Assembly (NCBI GenBank): GCA_044226625.1
Contig: JBGAGQ010000009.1
Span: 1-64,000, forward strand
From: Thermoanaerobaculia bacterium
GTDB taxonomy: Bacteria; Acidobacteriota; Thermoanaerobaculia; Multivoradales; UBA5704
Reading direction: 5' to 3'
Length of the DNA: 64,000 nt
Shown here piece after piece: positions 57,743-64,000 of the stretch; positions within the stretch are counted from its first letter, which is position 1, and each line of letters starts with the position of its first letter. Below the pieces are notes generated by a model, which did no database searches, was not told the origin of the DNA, and saw only the letters and a list, made by a program, of their open reading frames with translations. The position numbers were made by a program, and so were the translations under genes.

Positions 57743-59569
57743 TCAAGGCGAGCCGCTCGCGTCGTGGCGAAGACTCGAGGAGGGGATCTCCAACCGGCTC
57801 GGATGCTCCCGGTCGTGGAGCAGCGTGACGTGGACCGTCCGCGCGTCCTTACCCGACTCGTCGGCCACCACCCCGCCGCCGTTCCAGTTCCGTTCGAGGA
57901 AGATCGAATTCGGAGAACGAACGATCAGCCGAAGGCGGCTCCCGGTGGGGAGAACCCGCGCGACGAACGGCAGCTCGAAGGAGTATTCGAGCGGCAAGCC
58001 CGAGGGCACCAACGTCTCCCTCCGAAGATTTGTGCGATAGCGGGCGCGCATCCAATCCTCGCCGAGGAGGATCGGCGCGCCGTCCGGCCCGACCATCTCC
58101 AGCCGAGCCATCAGATCGGCGTCCGGGGCGTCGAGCGCGATCCACAGGAAGAGCTTTGGAAAACCGGAGATCTCCGTCGGCTCGGCGAACGGATCGGTCG
58201 CGTAGGCGAGCCCGGAGCCCCAGAGATCGTCCGGACCGGCGATCCCTTTCGCCCACTCGACGACCTCCTCGGTCTCGGCGAGCCCCGGGCGCAGGTCGAG
58301 CGGATCGTAGGTCCAGCGGCCGGAGCCGCCCGCGGGGGGAGCCGAGGAAAGCGCCCCAGGCCGCGAGAGCGTGCCTCCCTCTTTGACCGAGCCGAGAAAC
58401 CAAGTCCGCGATCGAGGAGCCTCCACCCTCTTTCCGTTCGAATCGAGCGGCTCGAGCGGTTCGAGATTCGCGGCGGAGCGCCACTCCTCCGTGCCGATCG
58501 CGTAGTAACGGACGGGCACCGCGAGCATCGCGGGGAGCGGCCCGCCGCCCATCGAGTAATCAAACCAATCGGCGAGCAGCTTCTTCATGTCGACATCCGC
58601 CGCAGGACCGAACGTCAGCCCTCCCGCCTCGCGGGCGGGTCTTCGCGCGCCGTGGTGATCCCACGGGCCGATCAGGACTCGATGCTTCGTGAACGCGGCG
58701 GGCGATGCGTATTTCTTGTGCTCTCGGTAGAACCAGAGCGGGCCGACGTGGTTCGATTCATATTGCGCCGTGACGGTCAGGATCGGCAGGTCGAACCGCG
58801 CGAAGTCAGCGGGCGTGGGTGTCGGGTCGTCCCAAAACGCGTCGAGCGTCGGATGGTCGAGAAAGCGCTGGAAGAGCGGCGACGGAGAGCCGATGATCCG
58901 ATCGAAATCGCGCAGCGGCCGCGTCGACAGGTAGAGCTCGCGGAACTTCGCGACCCAGAACTCCGAATCGCCGAGGATCTGTGTGTTCGACGTCGCGCCG
59001 GCCGTGAGCAGAAACCACTGCATGATGTCCGGGGTCAGGATGTCGTGCCAGCCGTACATGGGATAGCTGGCCGAGATCGGCGCGATCGCCGTCAAGTGAG
59101 GAGGTCGCTCCTTGAGCGTGCTCCACACCGCTCGCCCACCGTACGAATGGCCGATCATCCCGACCTTGCCGTTCGACCACGGCTGCTTCGCGAGCCACTC
59201 CGCGACGTCGTAGCCGTCCCGACCGTCGTTCCGCCACGGCTCGAACTCACCACCTGAAGTCCCCCGCCCGCGCACGTCGACCGCCGCGAACACATAGCCC
59301 CGAGAAGCGAAATACCGCCCCTCCGCGTGGAACCCGTCGGACGTGTACGGCGTCATGTTGAACACGACCGGAGCCGGAGCGGCGAGCCCGTGCGGCCGGT
59401 AGAGGCTCGCATGAAGACGAACCCCGTCGCGCATGGGGATGCGCACGTCCCAGGTGAGGTCGTAGGTGTTGGCGGGGGCGGGGGGTGGCGGAGTTTGACC
59501 GATGCCGAGCCGGGGACCGAGGGCGAAAACGAGAACGAACGATAGGAGACTTCGAAGCGGATTGCGCAT
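57743..59569 (-). CDS. CocE/NonD family hydrolase (secreted)
   Basis: Signal peptide; IPMRDGVRL, TPY, DVRGRG.SGG, GHSYGG nucleophile and IGPWDH motifs. Confidence 0.93.
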   Translation of the reverse strand: MRNPLRSLLSFVLVFALGPRLGIGQTPPPPAPANTYDLTWDVRIPMRDGVRLHASLYRPHGLAAPAPVVFNMTPYTSDGFHAEGRYFASRGYVFAAVDVRGRGTSGGEFEPWRNDGRDGYDVAEWLAKQPWSNGKVGMIGHSYGGRAVWSTLKERPPHLTAIAPISASYPMYGWHDILTPDIMQWFLLTAGATSNTQILGDSEFWVAKFRELYLSTRPLRDFDRIIGSPSPLFQRFLDHPTLDAFWDDPTPTPADFARFDLPILTVTAQYESNHVGPLWFYREHKKYASPAAFTKHRVLIGPWDHHGARRPAREAGGLTFGPAADVDMKKLLADWFDYSMGGGPLPAMLAVPVRYYAIGTEEWRSAANLEPLEPLDSNGKRVEAPRSRTWFLGSVKEGGTLSRPGALSSAPPAGGSGRWTYDPLDLRPGLAETEEVVEWAKGIAGPDDLWGSGLAYATDPFAEPTEISGFPKLFLWIALDAPDADLMARLEMVGPDGAPILLGEDWMRARYRTNLRRETLVPSGLPLEYSFELPFVARVLPTGSRLRLIVRSPNSIFLERNWNGGGVVADESGKDARTVHVTLLHDREHPSRLEIPSSSLRHDASGSP

Positions 59570-59639
59570 CGCTCCCCCAAGAGAAGGGTGGTTGGAGGAG
59601 ACTACCGCGAGCGGCGGGCTGGCTCTCGGGCGCGCCGAG

Positions 59640-59794
59640 CGCCGGCTCGTCGAGGGCGTAGGGCACCGGAAGGATTCGCCCGTCCTCGAAGCTCGAAACG
59701 CCGATGAACAGGCCCGCGCTCCCCGAGGGGTCGAAGAGGTCCGATCCTGAATCTCGGGCTCTCTCCCTCCGCTCGGCACGCTCTCCGCCGCCAC
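59640..59794 (-). pseudogene. Caspase-family (peptidase C14-like) 5' remnant
   Basis: FDPSGSAGLFIGVSSFED..I.PVPYALDE matches the first strand/loop of caspase-like domains, then degenerates; the RBS-linked GTG at 59794 is out of frame with it. Confidence 0.55.
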
Positions 59795-59906
59795 GCAACT
59801 CCTCTAGACCTAGGTTCTCGAAAACGAGGCTCTATTGTATCGGCATACATAGAAGCTGAAGGTAAGGCGTACGACGGAAGGCGGAGGAGCCCTCCGGATG
59901 GTACGT

Positions 59907-60272
59907 TCAGAAGCTTCGACGTAGCCGAATACGACCTGGTTCCACAGTGATGAGATTCCCCCGGATCTCTTCCTCGGAGAGACTTTCGATGGCGGCTACC
60001 AGAGCCTCGGTCACCTCAAGGCTGGGCGACTCGTTTCCGAAACGTCCGACGATAATTCCAAAGTGAGACCCGAGCGGGAACGTCAGGGTGTTTGCAAAGC
60101 CAATGTCCCCGCTGACGAGAGTCCAGCCTTGGTCGAGTGCCCTTTGCCAAACCTTCTTGTCCGTCGCTCCGCGGAGTCCGACATCTCGAACATCCGCCGC
60201 GTCGAGGCCGCGCCAACGAAGTTCGACCGCCAGGGAGCGAGGGAGATCTTCGTCGACCAGGAACTTAGGCAA
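59907..60272 (-). CDS. DUF5615 PIN-like toxin
   Basis: KFLVDEDLP, VRDVGLRGATD, LVSGD.GF and H.GII motifs; TTG start overlaps the DUF433 gene. Confidence 0.88.
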   Translation of the reverse strand: MPKFLVDEDLPRSLAVELRWRGLDAADVRDVGLRGATDKKVWQRALDQGWTLVSGDIGFANTLTFPLGSHFGIIVGRFGNESPSLEVTEALVAAIESLSEEEIRGNLITVEPGRIRLRRSF

Positions 60273-60492
60273 TAGCGCGAATCTGCTCGCCGGCAACCGT
60301 TTGCGCAGCGTAAGCCAACGCGGCAAGGATTTCGTCCCGGGTCAGCTCGTACTCGCCAGCAACTTCTTCGAGGGTCATTCCACCAGCGAGCTTGCCGAGC
60401 ACCAGATCCACCGGAACTCGAGTCCCCTGGATCACCGGCCGGCCGAAGCGGACGCTCTCGTCAACGCTGATTCTCGGGGCGATCTGGATCAT
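60265..60492 (-). CDS. DUF433 antitoxin
   Basis: I.VD..VRFGRPVIQGTRVPV..VL..LA.G.T.EE....Y.LT..EI.AAL.YA. Confidence 0.93.
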   Translation of the reverse strand: MIQIAPRISVDESVRFGRPVIQGTRVPVDLVLGKLAGGMTLEEVAGEYELTRDEILAALAYAAQTVAGEQIRAIA

Positions 60493-60552
60493 GATTCCAA
60501 GTATACGCCTCAAGCGCGGCTCACCCGGCGGGGGTGGATGTCGGGGCTCCCT

Positions 60553-62319
60553 TTACCTCGACTCGTGCAGCTTCGAGCGTTTCCTCGCTGTCGCCAGCGA
60601 GCTCTCATACGAGCGGCAGACGGCGAGCTTTTCGGTGCGGCGGGGGAAGCCCGCTTTGCCGAGGACTTCGAGCGGCTGGTGTTGGACGCCCGCCAGGACG
60701 ACGTAGACGTTCATCTGGAACAGGCGGTCGACCGCCGCCTCGAGCGCGACGAGGCCGGTTGCGTCGATCGCCGGAACGGTCGACAGGTCGAGCACCACCA
60801 CGGCGACGCCGCGGGCGACGCGCTGGAGAGCACCCATCGCCTTCTGCGCGGCTCCGAAGAAGAGGGGGCCCGCGATCTCGTAGACCACGACGTCGGCCGG
60901 CAGCCCTTCGGCGACCAACGGATGGGTCGACTCGGCAAGGTCGGCTCCGGAGACCTCGGCCATGCGGCGCATGAAGAGAAGCGCCGCGAGCAGCACGCCG
61001 AAGGTGATGGCGACCACCATGTCGAACAGCACCGTGAGCAGGAAGCAGGAGACGAGCAGGAACGTGTCGCTCTTCGGCGCCTGGCGGAAGGTGCGGGCGA
61101 AGTTGTGGACCTCGCTCATGTTCCAGGCGACGAGCAGCAGGAGCGCCGCCAGCGAGGCCATCGGTAGGTAGCCGAGCCAAGGGGCCGCGACCAGGACGGC
61201 GAGCAGCACCACAAGCGCGTGGGCCATCGCGGCGACCGGCGAGCGGGCGCCGGAGCGGACGTTGGTAGCCGTTCGCGCGAGCGCGCCTGTCGCGGCGATT
61301 CCGCCGAAGAACGGGGCGACCAGATTGCCGATCCCCTGGGCGAGCAGCTCGCTATCGGGATCGTGGGTCTTTCCCGTCAGGCCGTCGGCGACCACCGCCG
61401 AGAGGAGCGATTCGATCGCGCCGAGCATGGCGATCGCGAAGGCGACCGGCAGGAGCTGGCGGAAGAGGTCGAACGAGAGGGCGAGTGGCGCGCCGTCCGC
61501 GCCGGGGAGGTTCCACGGCAGGAGGGGCACCGGCGGCAGCCGCGGGATCCCGTCGCGAACGACGCCGTCCACCGTGTAATGGAATCGGCTCGCGATCGTC
61601 TCGACGGCGAATCCCGGGACGAACCGTGAAAGCGCCAAGGCGAGCAGCGCTCCGAGCGAGAGAGCCACGAGCGGCGCGGGGATCTTCTTCGTGAGCCGCG
61701 GCCAGAGCAGCAGCACGGCGAGGGTGAACGCACCGATCGCGATCTCCGGCCAGCGCGCGGAGGGGATCGCCCGAGCGAGCGCAACGGCTCGCTCGGCGAA
61801 ATGCTCCGGCATCTTCTCGACCGAAAGCCCGAGGAAATCCTTGAGCTGGAGCGTCGCGATCACGACCGCGATACCGGTCGTGAATCCCGTCGTCACCGGG
61901 TACGGCACGAACTGAATCAACCGCCCGAGGCGCCCGACGCCCATCGCGATCAGGATCACCCCGGCCATCGCGGTCGCGAGGAGGAGCCCACCCAGGCCAT
62001 GCGCCGCGGCGATCGGCGCCAGGACGACCACGAACGCCGCGGTCGGCCCGGAGACCTGGACCTTCGACCCGCCGAGCGCCGCGATCAGGAACCCGGCAAT
62101 GATCGCGGTGTAGAGACCATGCTGCGGCGGCACGCCGGAGGCGACCGCGAGCGCCATGGAAAGCGGCAGGGCGACGACGCCGACGACCGCCCCGGCAAGC
62201 AGATCCGCGCGAAGCTCGGCTTTGCCGTACCCCTGGGCGAACGTCCGCCGAAGGGCCTCGGCGAGCTTCAAGGGAAATTGAGGCGACGGGGTGGTCGAGA
62301 CCGTTGAAGGGGAATGCAT
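60553..62319 (-). CDS. dauA: SulP/SLC26 anion permease (DauA-like) with STAS domain
   Basis: VALPLSMALA, GLYTAI, VSGPTAAF, IESLLSA, TGALARTA and GPLFFGAA motifs. Confidence 0.9.
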   Translation of the reverse strand: MHSPSTVSTTPSPQFPLKLAEALRRTFAQGYGKAELRADLLAGAVVGVVALPLSMALAVASGVPPQHGLYTAIIAGFLIAALGGSKVQVSGPTAAFVVVLAPIAAAHGLGGLLLATAMAGVILIAMGVGRLGRLIQFVPYPVTTGFTTGIAVVIATLQLKDFLGLSVEKMPEHFAERAVALARAIPSARWPEIAIGAFTLAVLLLWPRLTKKIPAPLVALSLGALLALALSRFVPGFAVETIASRFHYTVDGVVRDGIPRLPPVPLLPWNLPGADGAPLALSFDLFRQLLPVAFAIAMLGAIESLLSAVVADGLTGKTHDPDSELLAQGIGNLVAPFFGGIAATGALARTATNVRSGARSPVAAMAHALVVLLAVLVAAPWLGYLPMASLAALLLLVAWNMSEVHNFARTFRQAPKSDTFLLVSCFLLTVLFDMVVAITFGVLLAALLFMRRMAEVSGADLAESTHPLVAEGLPADVVVYEIAGPLFFGAAQKAMGALQRVARGVAVVVLDLSTVPAIDATGLVALEAAVDRLFQMNVYVVLAGVQHQPLEVLGKAGFPRRTEKLAVCRSYESSLATARKRSKLHESR

Positions 62320-62364
62320 GGTCGTGCGAAATCAGCGATCAGTATACGCGCCTCGATTCGGCGA

Positions 62365-63588
62365 TCAGGTCGCTTTTCGCACCATCTGCACGACCGCCTC
62401 CATATGGCCGGTCTGGGGGAAGAGATCCACCAGCGCCAGGCTTTCGATCGTGAACGCTTGGGACAGCTGGCGCAGGTCGCGGGCGAGCGTCGCCGGGTGG
62501 CAGGAGACGTAGGTGAGTCGCGCCGGAGGGCGCTCGGTCAGGATCGCGCGGACGCGGTGCGAAAGGCCTCCGCGCGGTGGATCAACGACGACCCTATCGG
62601 TCTCGTAGGGAAGCTTGCCGATCCAGGTTTCGAGCGCGCTCGGGAACGATTCGACGTTCGCGAGCCGGTTGCGCCGCGCGTTGTTCCGCGCGTAGCGGAC
62701 CGCGATCCGGTCGGCTTCCACCGCGACGACGCGGTCGTAGCGTTTGGCGAGCGGCAGCGCGAAGAGCCCGACACCCGCGTAGAGATCGTAGGCGGATTTG
62801 CCGGTCCAAGGTCCGACCGCCGCTTCGACCAGCTTCGGCAGCAGACCTCGATGCCCTTGGAAAAAGCAGCGCGCGTCGTAGGCATAGGTGATCTCGCCCG
62901 CCGAGGTCGCAACCGTCGTGGTCACCTCGCCGTGCGGCAATCCCTCGATCACCGGTGCCACGGTCACCTCGCCGGCGTCGCCCGCGGCGAGGTCGATCCG
63001 ACGCGGCGAATCTTCCCCGAGCAGCCGAGGTAGGACGGAGAGCAGCGCCTCCAGCTCCGGCACCAACAGGGCGCACTCCTGAACCGGGATCAGCCGGTTG
63101 CTGCCGCGCGCTTGGTAGCCGACGAAGACGTCTCCCCGCTCGTTCCGCTCCGTGGTGAGCTCCGTGCGCAGCCGATAGTGCCAGGGCTCGCCGGTGATGA
63201 CCTGAAGGTCGGCCGGGAGGGTGATCCCGCCCATCCGTACCAGCGTCTCGCAAACCGCCTGGGCGCGCGACCGCGATTGGAGGTCGTCGTCGAGATGCTG
63301 GAGATCGCAGAGGCCGGTCGCCGCGAGCGCCGGATACGGATCGGGGCGGCGCCCCGGGCCGGGCTCGAGGATCTCGACGATCTCGGCGCGCGCGTAGTCG
63401 GGCTTCCGCTCGGTCAATCGGACGCGGAGCCGATCGCCCGGCGCCGCGCGCGGAACGAAGATCGGGATGCCCTCCCAACGACCGATCCCTTCGCCGCCCG
63501 CGACGAGCTTGTCGATCGCGATCTCCAATTCGTCGATCTGGGCGAGCCGGATGCTCGCGGGAGGCGCCGCCTCGGGTCTTCGGCTCAT
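62365..63588 (-). CDS. rlmD: TRAM-domain RNA (uracil-5)-methyltransferase (RlmD/TrmA family)
   Basis: TRAM domain; FFQ; DLYAGVGLF; DPPR; YVSC (catalytic Cys); DLFPQT.H.E. Confidence 0.9.
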   Translation of the reverse strand: MSRRPEAAPPASIRLAQIDELEIAIDKLVAGGEGIGRWEGIPIFVPRAAPGDRLRVRLTERKPDYARAEIVEILEPGPGRRPDPYPALAATGLCDLQHLDDDLQSRSRAQAVCETLVRMGGITLPADLQVITGEPWHYRLRTELTTERNERGDVFVGYQARGSNRLIPVQECALLVPELEALLSVLPRLLGEDSPRRIDLAAGDAGEVTVAPVIEGLPHGEVTTTVATSAGEITYAYDARCFFQGHRGLLPKLVEAAVGPWTGKSAYDLYAGVGLFALPLAKRYDRVVAVEADRIAVRYARNNARRNRLANVESFPSALETWIGKLPYETDRVVVDPPRGGLSHRVRAILTERPPARLTYVSCHPATLARDLRQLSQAFTIESLALVDLFPQTGHMEAVVQMVRKAT

Positions 63589-64000
63589 AAGGCCCTCAAG
63601 ATCTGGACCCGCGAGGCGAGGCCGGGAAGGCGCTCCTCGACCGCGCGCTCGAGCTCGGCGAAGGTGTGCCGGTGGGACAAGTGCTGGAGCACGATCGCCT
63701 GGTTCGCAAACCGTTCGGAGCGCGCCGCAATCTCGTCGATGTGCATGTGCCGGTAGAGAACCGCGCGCTCGCGCAGCTCGGGAGAAAGAAAGGTGCACTC
63801 GAGGATCAAGACCGCGCTCGAGAACACCCGGGGCTCCAGCTCGAAGACGCCCGGGCCGGTGTCGGCGCAGTAGGAGACCCAGAGCTCCTCGACCGTCTCC
63901 TCGATGGAGACTCCAGCGGCCCGCAACGCGGCGAGCTCGCTGCCGTCTTTTCCCTGGTGCTCCGCCATCAAGTGATGCTTTTTCCGCAGGAGGTGAAAGC
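63585..64000 (-). CDS. Metallo-beta-lactamase-fold protein (RNase Z-like); partial, 5' end outside the window
   Basis: YCADT, LILECTF, HMH and LQHLS.RH C-terminal motifs of RNase Z-type MBL proteins. Confidence 0.75.
   Translation of the reverse strand, partial: FHLLRKKHHLMAEHQGKDGSELAALRAAGVSIEETVEELWVSYCADTGPGVFELEPRVFSSAVLILECTFLSPELRERAVLYRHMHIDEIAARSERFANQAIVLQHLSHRHTFAELERAVEERLPGLASRVQILRAL

Overview
GC-rich bacterial chromosomal window. Gene content suggests Acidobacteriota, probably Thermoanaerobaculia (inference). No rRNA, tRNA, CRISPR array, integrase or transposase was seen. The left third (minus strand) is an ECF sigma/anti-sigma pair leading into a T2SS/type IV filament cluster (GspF, GspE, PilM/N/O-like, a TPR-secretin-cohesin, three pseudopilins), then dut and three exported proteins. 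Next come a lipid A operon (waaA-lpxK-lpxL) coupled to a GT-C glycosyltransferase, yihY-tamA-tamB, and an SPFH/zinc-ribbon pair. The right half is accessory-like. It holds an STK-associated ECF sigma factor followed by three tandem membrane Ser/Thr kinase-TPR receptors, flanked by two exported beta-propeller-type genes. It also holds an ECF sigma/degenerate anti-sigma/secreted protein/membrane-anchored TPR-CHAT protease module, a BTRD1-repeat serine hydrolase with altered beta-lactamase motifs, four intact toxin-antitoxin pairs and one decayed pair. Several gene remnants, REP-like palindromes read in frame by a kinase, and dauA, rlmD-like and RNase Z-like genes complete it. All calls come from motif reading by eye; no database searches were run.
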